Origin: Octopus sinensis
Lineage: Eukaryota
Assembly: GCF_006345805.1 (NCBI RefSeq)
Contig: NC_043019.1
Coordinates: 27,527,360 to 27,591,359 of the forward strand
Direction: 5' to 3'
Length of the DNA: 64,000 nucleotides
A program made the position numbers and the translations under genes. Below are positions 27,125 through 40,534 of the stretch, piece after piece; within the stretch, counting starts at the first letter, position 1; each line of letters starts with the position of its first letter. The notes under the pieces were generated by a model, which had not been told where the DNA came from, did no database searches, and saw only the letters and a list, made by a program, of their open reading frames with translations.

Positions 27125-30100
27125 CCAGAGTAAGCACATAAATGTGAAACAAGGTGGAAAAAAGAGTACTCAAATACCAGAGGTAGAGTAATATGCTTTA
27201 TTTAAAAGCAGCAGAAATATAACAAAGCCTTGTGAGTAGATTTGACAGACAGAAACTGAAAGAAGCCCATTGTGTATATATATATGTGTGTGTGTGTCTG
27301 TTTGTCCTCCCACCATTACTTAACCGATGTTGGTGTGTTTACGTCCCTGTAACTTGGCAGTTTGCTAAAAGAGACCGATAAAATAAGTACTAGGCTTACA
27401 AAGAATAAGTCCTGGTGTCAATTTGTTCGACTAAAGGTAGTGCCCCAGCGTGGCCTCATTCAAATAACTGAAACAAATAAAAGAATATATATATATATAT
27501 ATATATATAGATATATACACAACAGGCTTTCAGTTTCTGTCCACCAAATTCACTTTTAAGGCTTTGGTCGACCTGAGGTTATAATAGAAGACATTTTCCC
27601 AAAGTACCATGCAATAGAACTGAACCTGGAAACCTGTGATTGGGTAGTGGGCTTCTTACCACAGTCATTTCTGTCTTTTCTTGAGCCAGGGGACTGGAAT
27701 TAGTAATATAGATAACGATGTGTTTCAGTTATTACATAAAGCTGATTAATTAAAACTCCTTGCTCGCTAGGTGTGCTAGCGCTCACCTCAGTATCGTTTT
27801 GCTCATATAATGTTGTTTATGCTTTCTTTTTTCCTCTTAGGTGGAATGCCTATTCCTTGATCATGGTGATTCCGATAGACTAGTACTCAATCAGTTACGT
27901 GTACTAGATTCTACCTTGAATTATTTACCATACCAGGTGAGAAAAATCTCAGTTCCTCATATTCTTTACAGTCTTTTAGTAATGTGTGTGGGTGATTGAG
28001 TGGGGCTTGTGCTACCCCTAATATTATCTTTCTTCTCTCTTCTACGTCCCTCTATTACCCTCAACTTGTGCGTCATTGGTCACCCATCACTCCCTACATT
28101 CACCCTTCAGCCCTACGCAATATTTAATCTTTTAAGCATTCATGATATTTTGCCAGAATTAATACTTATTTATTCTCATTGTTTTGAACTAGTTATGCAT
28201 TATGTTTGTAGCTTTGAGGTTTTGAATAGGTAACAGGTAAGTTTTAGAATGGTATTGTTGGGTTGGTGTAAGAGGCCAGATCTGACAGTTATGAACATAA
28301 AACAGAATGCTTTCGCCGGATACAGCCGATTTATATGCTAAAGGGTTAAAACTGTCTCTACCTTGCATCCTCCTCTCCATCCTATCCCTGCCCCCTGTAC
28401 AGTCTTGCAAACCCCAACCAGTTCCTCTGTTCCAGCACACTTTTGCTCACCTCATACCCTGAGGAAAACCACATAGATTTGCAGTTCCTACTGATCATCC
28501 TTACCCTCTCCTAAAGGTGAGTAACCATGTAACTCCTCTACAAGAACCAGCTTACCTCATCACCCCCAATATTCTTGCATAAACGCTGTCCCCTCTTCAC
28601 CCATCCGGCTCCCACCTGGGTATTATAGTCTTTCAAGCTGCATAGCAACCTCAGTAGTGCTAGTGGCATGAAAAAAAGACCTTGTACACACTGTAAAGTG
28701 GTTGGCATTAGGAAGGGCATCCAGCCTTAGAAACCATGCCAGAGCAGACACTGGAGCATTTATTATTATGGCTGGGTTTCAGCCCAAGCCACAGCAACAA
28801 AGTCCACCTGCCACGAGATGTGGGGATTTGCTGTACTTGAAAAGAAGCATCAAGCTAAGTAAAATCTCTGTCTTCCATACGTACAGGCTTGTCCTTTCAG
28901 GTGCTGGTGCCACATAAAAGACACCCATGCCGGTGCTGTGGAAACACACCCATGCTGGTGACATGTAAAAAGCACCCAGCACACTCCGTTAAGTGGTTGG
29001 CATTAGGAAGGGCATCCAGCCTTAGAAACCATGCCAGAGTAGACACTGGAGCATTTATTATTATGGCTGGGTTTCAGCCCAGGCCGCAGCAACAAAGTCC
29101 ACTTGCCACGATTCTCAGTCCCTCATCACTGCCTCGAGGTCCTGGATACGGTTCAGGCCAGTGTCTGCAATCAAGTGGACTCTGAATAGCCTGACAGCAT
29201 TTTCCTCTTCTTACACCCCCATCACGTGGGTTCCACAAAAATTAATTCCGATGCTTCCAGCTCAGGCTGGCACATGCAGTGTTCCAGATAGTCACAGCCG
29301 TCTTTGCTTGATCTTCTTCCTAACTTTTGACTGGTCCTCATAAAGGATCACGATGCAGTCCTTCAACTCATCATTCCAACTTATGCTAGCATAAAGCACG
29401 GACCTTAAATAATGATGTTTGTGTGAGATGCATTCTGTGTTGAAATTGTTGGTTTTTTTCTTTTTTTTCCTCTCCCTTAACCCCCAAGTGTCCAGTTTAT
29501 TCTATCAAGCATATCATATCCTTGACAATTCAATGATTTGATTGTTTAATATAGAATAACATTGTGGGGAACAGGGTGGGGGGCAGGATTTTTTTTTGTT
29601 GGGCGTTGCTCAAGAGTTTTGAAAAAAATACTATTTAACCCTTTTGTTACCAACCTGGCTAAAACCAGCTCTAGCTCTGTAGTACAAATGTCTTGTTTCC
29701 ATAAGTTTTGAATTAAAATCTTCCACCAAACCTTAGTCACAATTTATGTTCCTAACACTGGCTGAATGATAACCAAGTTATTTTACTAAATTCTTTGTTA
29801 TACTTAAATTAAAGTAATTGAAAGAAACACAGAGCATCATCATCATCATCATCGTTTAGCGTCCGTTTTCCATGCTAGCATGGGTTCAAAATAAATACAG
29901 TAATGAAAGGGTTAAGGAGGGAATCGCAATTCATAACAAATGGACCCCATTTTTATGCATTCTGATTTTGTTGTAGCAGACCATAAGCATATGAAAGAGT
30001 AATGTTGTCCTGTGAGTCTTGATTTACCCATGGAAAGTAGTGGTCAACTGCACTTGTGTATCATAACTGAATAACATGGTCAGTTTTTTTTGGTGTCAGT

Positions 30101-32741
30101 TTGGCTAGGAAGGGTGTTACCCAAACAACTAGGACAGCACCCTTGCATCTGCCACTGGAGTAGGTGTGAGAGCCTGGATTTGGCCAGTTTGAGCATAAAA
30201 CAAATGGAGAATTTTGGCCAGATATGGCTGGTTTAATTGCTAAAGTGTTACAGGATGTCATTTCTTCACTGTGAAGACTTAATCCTCCAAGGTAAATATG
30301 ATTTCGCTCGAATCCCAACATGATGATTGCTGAGCAAAGGACAGTTCTGCTTTGTTGTAGTTGTCATTGATGATGAAGGGCAAACATCATATGATGGTGG
30401 TTGTTAATGTTGTAGTGGATGGAGTGGATCAAACCAATGGTGAAAAGCATGACCATCCCAACTTTGAAACGTAGTGTATTTCAAGTAATAATCACTTTTA
30501 GCATCATTTAATGTTCATTTTTCATGCTGGCAGGGGTTCGACAGTTTGGCAGGAGCTGGCAAGGTTGGAGAGTTGCACCAGGCTTCACTAGTTTGCTTTG
30601 GTATTGTTACTACAGCTAGATGTCCTTCCTAATGCCACCTACTTTTCAGAGTGTATGGAGTGCTTTTTATGTGGCACCAGCACCAGCAGGGTTGCTGAAT
30701 AACTTGCAAGACAAAAACCTCTCAGCTGGGAGATAACATTATTCAATTTTTCTTTTCTTTCATTTTAAGACATCAGAGTGTAATTTGTATTCCACCTGTT
30801 CTCCTCTGTGCCACAAAGGAGGTGCGGGGGCATGAAGAAATATTATTTGTATCATTTGTTATTATTATCTTTTCTTTGCAGGCAATTCCTTGTGTTCTTG
30901 CTGGTTTAGAGCAATATTCTTGTAATATCGGTGCCATTGACAAGTTGATGGAAATGGCACTTGGCAAGACTTGTGTGGCAGAAGCTGTGACAAAGTAAAC
31001 ACCAAACTTATTCTATCTTTCTTTGTGTGTGTGTGTGGGGGGGCTTAGTGGTCTGGGTGTTCAACAGTACATTGTACCCTTGAGCAAAGCCCTCCACTCC
31101 ACTTTGTTCTGTTCCACTTAATTCTACATAAATATGAGTAGCAACTGGTAGTTAACCTTGTGACATGCTAGTGGCCGGTGTTCTGTAGGAAGCCTTGTAC
31201 ACACTGTCTCTTAAAACTGTTTAGCATTCAGATTATTATTCTATCTAATGTAATGTTTATTTATTCATATCGCTTTGAATTAATCCTAGATTATCTCATA
31301 GCTGCGTGATTTCAATGTGTGGTTGTTTAGTTTTAGATTGACACTGTAGAGTATGTGTGAGAGGCCGATCTGGTCAGTTATAACATAAAGCAAGTAAAAT
31401 ATACAAGAACAAGCTTCAGTTGAATGAGTCTGTATGCTTGATAACCAAGCCTCTGTGTGTGTGTGGTTGCAAAGTGTATTATAACAAAATAATTCTTTAA
31501 AAAATGTCATTCTGTTGTTCTAATACTGTTTCCCCACTCAGTGAAGTCCCTTGGTCAAGTGATTTGAGTGTTCAACTCCTTATCGTATGATTGTGAGTTT
31601 CTTTACCTGGACTGGTCAGTGTTTGTGTCCTTAACAACCTGATTTATTTTTCCCTGTTGTGCCAGGTTACTCTGTTGTAGCAATTGCTAACCAGATGTCG
31701 GTGCTGCCCTTTCTCTTTCTGGCTGTTGTCACATCCTTAGATGTTCCACTGGATCAAGAGTGAGGTGCTGTGAAGGAGTTCATGCCTGCTCATGACTACA
31801 CAGGCAGCTAAAACAGTTGGTGAAAGTATGGTACAAATTAGCAAGACATACTTATGACGGCTACTCACTTATGTGTGTGTGTGTCTATATAGATTTATAT
31901 ATAGCTGAATATGTTCATATAGGTTTATATACAGCTGAGTGGATTGGAGCAACATGAGTTGAATTCCTGGGGCATGCTGTGTCCTTGAGCAAGACACTTT
32001 ATTTCACATTACTGCAATTTTCTCAGCTGTCAAAAACGAGTTGCATCTGTAATGTATATGTATGTCTATCCATGTTTGTATGTATATATAAATATGACTT
32101 GGTCTGAGTGTGTGTGTGTGTGTGTGTGTATGTATCGTCATCATCGTTTAATGTCCATTGTCCATGCTGGCATGGGTTGGACTGTTTGACCAGGGCTGGT
32201 AAACTGAAAGGCTGCACCATACTCCAGTCTGATTTAAGCATGGTTTTCTACGGTTGAATGCCCTTCCTAATGCTAACCACTCTGAGAGTGTAACCATTGC
32301 TTTTACCTGCCACTGGCATGGGTGCCATTTGCGTGACACCGGTATGCCACACCTGTGATTTTGCTTGGCTTGATGTGTCTTCTCAAGCACGACATAATGT
32401 CTAGGGTCTCGGTCATTGCCTCTGTGAGGCCCAATCCCTGAAAGGAATTCTGACACTTTGCCTCTGTAGGGCCCAACACTCGAGTGCCATGTAGCTCCCT
32501 GCTCTTCTAACAATAGCAGCTCAAACTCTCTCAATGAACTCCATATTCTATGTTGTTAAAGTTGAACATCAATTATGTCTGTCAAACGCAGCCATAACAG
32601 TCTATGGTTTCTGCATCTTCTGCTCTAGCCAAAAAAAATAAATAAAATAATCACATGATTTTTAGTCCTAAATTTTAGTACTTCTTGTTCCTACAATGTT
32701 TACATATATATATATATGCAACGGGCTTCTTTCAGTTTCCG

Positions 32742-32805
<64 letters not shown>

Positions 32806-32878
32806 TATGATAAAAGGCAGATTTTCTCTGCCTCCCAAACCATTCGTTTTTTATACAATTCTACAATATAGAATTTCA

Positions 32879-32934
<56 letters not shown>

Positions 32935-33112
32935 AGATCGTTAGCTACTACACGCATTTTTTTCTCTCCTTGTTTTTTCTGTGTATCTTTCTGTCGAAGA
33001 GCATAGGCTCGAAACATAAAAGACTTTCTCTATTCCTGAGCGCTATACTAATACATTTGTTTGTTTGTACTCCACCTGCTTTCATCTTTTGTTTATTTTC
33101 GTAAACTTTCCC

Positions 33113-33153
<41 letters not shown>

Positions 33154-33483
33154 ATCAAAATAAGCAACAAGGATATCCAGTGGTAATGCAGTATGATCGT
33201 TTCATGCGACTCCATTTAATTGAACAACGCAAATATTACATCAGTTTTAAAATGTAGAGCAATCTTCAGCTGCATAAAAGTATAGAATTTAGTTAAATTC
33301 AAAGGATTCATTTGTATAGTTATCCTATTAACCAAAATCACAAAGAGGATAAGTAGATAGGACATGTTTCATCAACAATATCATAGTAGTAACTGATATT
33401 TTTTCACAGGAAGACACCACTTATCATTAATTTCACTTTGTTATTTAGATTTATTACTGGGGAGGGGGTTAGTTCTAATTTTA

Positions 33484-33514
<31 letters not shown>

Positions 33515-33649
33515 ATTATTTGAGGGAATATTATTCCTAACTTACAGGGAAAAATTCAATTTAGAAATACTAAATCAAATTTCACAAATTATAATATATA
33601 TATATATATAGTCCAACCCATGCTAGCATGGAGAACGGATATTAAACGA

Positions 33650-33695
<46 letters not shown>

Positions 33696-33863
33696 TAGAA
33701 AAAAACACCTTTTATCAATTCAAAATGAACAATTACACCATCTATTATTATTTTGCAATTTACTTAATCATCGGTCTATTATATGTAATTTTCTAGATGG
33801 TGTAATTTAATTGTTCATTTTGAATTGATAAAAGGTGTTTTTTTCTAATTTATATATATATGC

Positions 33864-33916
<53 letters not shown>

Positions 33917-34875
33917 CAAATTTTCTGTTTCAATGTATTTTTCTATTTGTCCAGAGATAACAAGATCTTTGCAGTTTTGTATGATACAATGGGTGAAGAT
34001 GACATTAACATCAACAAGGCTGTTGCAGAGTTTGCTGAATCTGAAGGGACAGATTTGCTGAGTAGTTTGGTGCACGATGGCACTGAATCCGTTTCCAGCT
34101 CAACTCTCTCTGAACTTTCAATGAAATCAACGACCACGCTAGAGAATGTGATGAAGCAGTCCAGCTTGAAGGACTCGGCGACCTCGCCCACTGCCAGTAG
34201 TAGCAGCCACACCTCGCCTGTATCTGGGCATCCGCCAGATTCACCGGCCAGCTTCTCCCTACATCACCCTAACCCTAACTCTCCAGATAGTAGTAGCAGC
34301 AGCAGCGTTTGTTCCGGTATTGTCACCGGCTTGCCTGGCAGCTCGACACCACTCAGCAGATCTTCCGATAGAATCTCAGCAAAGACACCAGAGACCCCAG
34401 CCATGTCGACCACTTCAGCAGTTGTTACTCCCAACAGCAGTGACTTTCCCTCTTCAACGAGTTCTGTTATCAGTAGTTGTAGTGATTCATCGAATACTGA
34501 TGCTGTTTGGTCAAAGGCTGACTACATCAAGTTGAAGCCGCCGGGACCCTTCAAAATGGCTCCCATCCCAGATGTGACCTTCGTGTATATCGACTACATA
34601 GCTGACCCTTCTAACTTTCATGTAAGTATTCACCATTGTATTTTATTCTTCCCGTCTTTTTATCTCTCACTTGCTTCAGTCGTTAGACTGTGACCAAGCT
34701 GGGGCGCTGTCTTGAATTTTTAGATGAATGAACTGAACCCCGGGTACTTATTCCATCGGTCTCGTTTTTGCTGAACTGGTGACACACCAACACCAGTTGT
34801 CAAGTGGTGGTTGGGGACAAACACAGACATAACAACACACAACATAGACATACATATATATATATATATATATAC

Positions 34876-34908
<33 letters not shown>

Positions 34909-37900
34909 GATATATATATGGTAGACTTTCTTCAGTTTCCATCTAGTAAATCCACTCACAAGGCTTTGGTTGGCCTGAGGTTATAGTAGAAGACACTTGC
35001 CCAAAACTGCCACACACTGGGACTGAACCCAGAACTATGTGGTTGGGAAACAGGCTTCTTACCCAACAGCCATGCCTGCATCTATATTTGTTTACTTCTT
35101 TCCACACACACTTGTTTATTTTGGTGCAGTGGCTGTGGGTTTAACCCATTGACATTTAAACCAACCTATCCAGCTCAAATATTCTACCCAGTTTTATGTT
35201 AAAACTGGTCAGATCCAGCCTCTTACACTTACCCTACAGTGTCACTCTAAAAATATACAGTCACATCATTGAAATGTCAAAGCTACAAGATAATGCACGA
35301 TTAATTCAAAATAATGCGAATAAATAAGCAATACGTTTGAGAAAGTAAAGTGAGTGCTAAAGGGTTAACATGTTGGACTACTGACCACCTGGTCATAAGT
35401 TCAAACCTTACAACAGCCACCACTGTTGTACTGTGCCCCTGAGAAAGTTCTCTTGCTCAAGCTTCACACCAGCTTCATCGTTCACTGATTGGGAATAGAA
35501 AAGAGCATCCACCCATAAAAACAGTCAGTCGATCCCATTCATGCAGGTATAAAATAATGGGGTCATCCATCGATTGATTGATCGATCCATCCATCTCTTT
35601 CTCACTGCTTTTGAGAAGGTCATGGGGGTAGAGCCCTCAGGCACCTCTTCTCAGGGTCCTATCAGAATGAACTGTCATAACACTTTCTGGTTGCATTCCC
35701 AAATGACCAACTATGGACATTATCCAACCATCCTAGTCTTGGCCTGCTCCTACATCACCTGCCAGTTGGCTCAGCTTAAAGAATCGACCTTGAAATTTTT
35801 TCCTGCAACATTTTAATAACATGTCTATAGTATTAAGGCTGTGATTTCTCAATGTGGAGAAGTTCCAATTCCTGGGAGGGTCATGATAGTGAAGTCCTCA
35901 GGCCCTTCCTCCATAGGGTCCCATCAGGTGCAACTGTCGTTAGACTTTCCAGCTGAATTCCCAAGCATGACCAGCTGAGACCATGGACATTATCCAACCA
36001 TCTCATTTCTTAAGTCTCCTACCAGTTTGCTTGGCTTGAAGAATCCATCATGCAAATATGTCCTGTCACATTCCAATCCCATGTCCACAGCGCCAGAACT
36101 GTGACCTCCTCAATATGGAAAAGAAATGTTTTATTGTAAAGTAAAAAGCAAAAGAAAAAAAACACCTCCAAAATTTATCTTTGTGATGTTGTGGCATAAT
36201 GTTGATTGACATTAAGTTTCAGGGGTCAAACGAATCGCTTACTGTAATCATGGTCCCTCTCATTAGGAAGGGACATAACTTTGATTGCCTCAACATTCGC
36301 TAACAAATTGATTTTATTCCATGGTTGATTGGTTTGGTTAATAACAACAACAAACAAATCATTCAACTGTAAAGTTATATTGATGTATAAATAATCGAAC
36401 ACTCTGCATCTCTCCTCCTCTATTTCTACTCCTCTTCTGGCACACATCTCTCTTCATCTTTATCCTCTCTGTCTGTTCCTCCTCTCTCTCTCTTCTTCTA
36501 TTCCTTGGCTTCTACCTCCAATTCCTCCCCTCCTTCATCTCTTCTCCTCCTCCTCTACCTCTCTGCCCATCTCTTCGCTTCCTCCTTCCACCGCCACTGT
36601 TATCTCTGTCCATTTCTTTTCCTCTTTGTCTTCTTTCTGTTTCCTGTCTATGTACTCCTGCTCCCCCTTCTTCCTTTGTATGTCCAAGTCTCCTCCTACT
36701 CACCCACCTCCTTGTTCATCTCTCCTCCTCCTCTACCTCTCTGCCCATCTCTTCGCTTCCTCCTTCCACCGCCACTGTTATCTCTGTCCATCTTTTCACC
36801 TCCTCCCTCTCCATCTCCTCTCTGTCCATCTCTCCACCTCTCTGTCCATCTCTCTTTCTCCACCTCCTCCCTATCCATCGCTTCCACCTTGGCCATCTCG
36901 CCTCCTCCTCACTGTCCACTTCTCCACCTCCTCCTCCTCATTTTTGTCTCCTCCTACTCACCCACCTCCTTGTTCATCTCTCCTCCTCCTCCCCCTCTCT
37001 CTCTTTCAACTTTTATTTCACTTTCATTTCAAAACTTCTTTCTTCCAGATTATTCCCTTTGACTTCCTGGCAGAACGAGATAATTTCACCGCCAGATTGA
37101 CTGACAAGATGAAAGCCACCTCACCGGTCAGTTACCACTTTTACTCATGCCCCAGCTGGAGCACCATCATCTCTTTTCTGTTTGTCTGTTTCTGTTTTAC
37201 ATATTTTGTTTCTGTTTTGTTGGTCTTCCGTTTGATATTTAAAACCCTCTTCAACCAATCATCAGCTGGTGATCAATGTTTGTTTGAAACCTATGCGGCT
37301 CTCTTGGTCCTCTTAGCTGTCTTCCTCTTTATTCATGAACTCGGGGTTATTTTCCAATAATCCATCTCACACACACCCTGGCTTCTGTGCCGGTGGCATG
37401 TAAAAAGCACCAACCGATCGTGGCAGCTGCCAGCCTCCCATGGCACCTGTGCTGGTGGCACGTAAAAAGTACCCACGACACTCACGGAGTGGTTGGCGTT
37501 AGGAAGGGCATCCAGCTGTAGAAATACTGCCAGATCAGACTGGAGCCTGGTGCAGCCTCCTGGCTTCCCAGACCCCCGTTGAACCGTCCAACCCGTGCTA
37601 GCACGGAAAACGGATTTTAAATGATGATGATGATATATATATATATCTATATATATATATATATAAAGGTGGAGCACCACCTTTAGTTGACTTATTCTTT
37701 GTAAGTCCAGTACTTATTCTATAGGTCTCTTTTGCCAAACTGCTAAGTTCATCAAGCGATAGACACACACACACACACACACACACATAACAATTGTTCA
37801 TTTGTTTTCCACCTGCCTTCGTCTTTTGTTTATTTTCATAAAGCTTCCCGTTATATATATATATATACATATATACGACGGGCTTCTTTTAGTTTCCGTC

Positions 37901-38437
37901 TACCAAATCCACTCAGGGCTTTGTTGGCCTGTGGCTATAGTAGAAGACACTTGCCTAAGGTACCACGCAGTGGGATTGAACCGGGAACCATGTGGTTCAT
38001 AGGCAAGCTACTTACCACACAGCCACTCCTATGCCTATATATATATATATAAAGTAGAAAGTAATGTAAAACCATTATGGAGAATATATTATGAATAATT
38101 AAGATTATTTATGAATATATCAATGGCCAAACATGTTATCATAAAATATAAAGAAGAAAAACGTTTATAATTATGAACAAGTCACAATTATAACTAAGAA
38201 GGTTTCAAAACCCTTACATGTTAAAAATAGCAGCCAAGACCATTATGTCACTCATTATTTCTCCTCACAATAAAAGCTGTCTTCGGGCGACATGGCAAAT
38301 AGAATCCACAACTTGAAAATAACTGGTTAATTCCCTATTGCAATTTTGACGTTAGGAACCTCTTAAGGGACTCATTCATATCGTCACGGGAAATATTCCT
38401 TTAGATAGAAATCAAAACAAGACTTTACCTTGGGGCT

Positions 38438-38468
<31 letters not shown>

Positions 38469-40503
38469 TGAAGTAGATAGATGAATTATCTTATTACGGA
38501 TAATTCGAAAGATAACCGATACCTGGGTAGCAAAATTCACAACAGAAAGGGCACGGTTGAAGTTACGACCATGGGGCATAAAATCCGTGCCTTAGTGCGG
38601 AAATTTGAAGTTTTATATATTAAGTATAGGAAAGAATGGAGCTGAACGAAGATTTAACAAAATTCCTTTATTTTATTTTCGACATATGTTTCGAAGTCTG
38701 CAAAGTCCCTAATTCCGATTGAATAAGGAGTCCAAGCTGCAAAATGGACTCCTTATTCAATCGGAATTAGGGACTTTGCAGACTTCGAAACATATGTCGA
38801 AAATAAAATAAAGGAATTTTGTTAAATCTTCGTTCAGCTCCATTCTTTCCTATATTTAATATATATATATATATATATATATAAGTACATCCTAGTGTGA
38901 TTGTTGCCAGGGCCACGGATTGGCTCCCGTGCTGGTAACACGTAAAGAGGACTATTCGAGTGTGATCGTTGCCAGTGTCGCCTTACTGGCACATGTGAAA
39001 AACAACATTCAAGCGTGATTGTTGCCAGTGCCGCTGGGCTGGCTCCTGTACAGGTAGCACATAAAAAACACCTTTTGAGCGTGATTGTTGCCAGAATCGC
39101 CTGACTGGCCCTCATGTCGGCAGCACGTAAAAGCACTCACTACACTCTCAGAGTGGTTGGCGTTAGGAAGGGCATCCAGCTGTAGAAACTCTGCCAGATC
39201 AAGATTGGAGCCTGGTGCAGCCATCTGGCTCACCAGTCCTCAGTCAAACCGTCCAACCCATGCCAGCATGGAAAGCGGATGTTAAACGACAATGATGATG
39301 TGTGTGTGTGTGTGTATATATCCTGTGTGTTTATGTAATTATGTTGTTCATCTTTTTTTTCTTTTTGTTAAGACAGCATAATTTGAGGGAAATTTAAGTG
39401 TGCCATTTCTTGCATGTTGAACAACTGCATAGACATTTCCTGAATGTACAAACGGTATCGGACTGAGTTTGAACCAGGGTCCTAGCACTACTCTCTCTCT
39501 CTCCTGATGCATACGTGACAATGTTTCTCTTTTCCGTTTCAGCTCGTCACACTAACTGATAACGACGTTCTATTGTCACATCCGTACGTATCGAACGTTG
39601 ATGATGCTTGGTATCGAGTAATCCCATCGTCAGTCTGTGAAGACGGAGGTTATGTAAGTTACACCCGGCTACTTGCTTTTCTTAACTTGATGATGATGAG
39701 TGCAATGGTGGTGATGCTGATTGTGATGATGGTCATAATTGATATTAACCCCTTAATGGATCAATTATTTTGACATGGCGTTTCATTTCTGAGCATATTT
39801 TTATTATTTCCTGTTTTAATTATATACACTGTGTTAATTACAAAAAAAGTTTTTTTATCTTGTTTCCTTTATTTTTTATTATAGAAATTAAAATGTACTT
39901 TTACTCATTTGGATTTAAACGAGTTAACTTGGACATTGAAAAAAATACATATAACTTAACTATCTTCGATTTTTTTAATAAGATGTATTGTTTTTAAATC
40001 AAAAGAAAAATTTTTTAAAAAAATCTGATAGACAGTTTATTTAGAATGATAATTTTTAAAACAAGGAGTTACACACAAAGTTATCTTGCAGACATCACAC
40101 GTGTATCTGCTCTCTCTTCGAATCGGACAAGCAATTGATTTCATGCCATGCACATGCATCTATCTGATTATCTTCTTTGTCACCTTCTGAAAAATTGTCA
40201 GAGTCTGAACAACACGTGTCTAATTCATCCCCAGAGCTTTCCAGATCGTGAAATGAAAAATCGCATTCGTGATCGCTGAATATATCTAAATCTTCTTCCA
40301 TTTTGAGGGAAAAAATGCGTAAATAATTCTCTTATTTGTATGTGGCTGTGTGGTAAGTAGCTTGCTAAACAACCACATGGTTCCGGGTTCAGTCCCACTG
40401 CGTGGCATCTTGGGCAAGTGTCTTCTGCTATAGCCCCGGGCCGACCAATGCCTTGTGAGTGGATTTGGTAGACGGAAACTGAAAGAAGCCTGTCGTATAT
40501 ATG

Positions 40504-40534
<31 letters not shown>

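Noticed and set aside
28380-28660. Possible RTE endonuclease fragment (DYNTQVG..)
   Set aside because: Too degenerate to assign without alignment.
36505-37062. Pro/Ser/Leu-rich ORFs of 185 and 244 aa
   Set aside because: CT-rich low-complexity intron; only 37049-37126 has splice signals and Tudor context.
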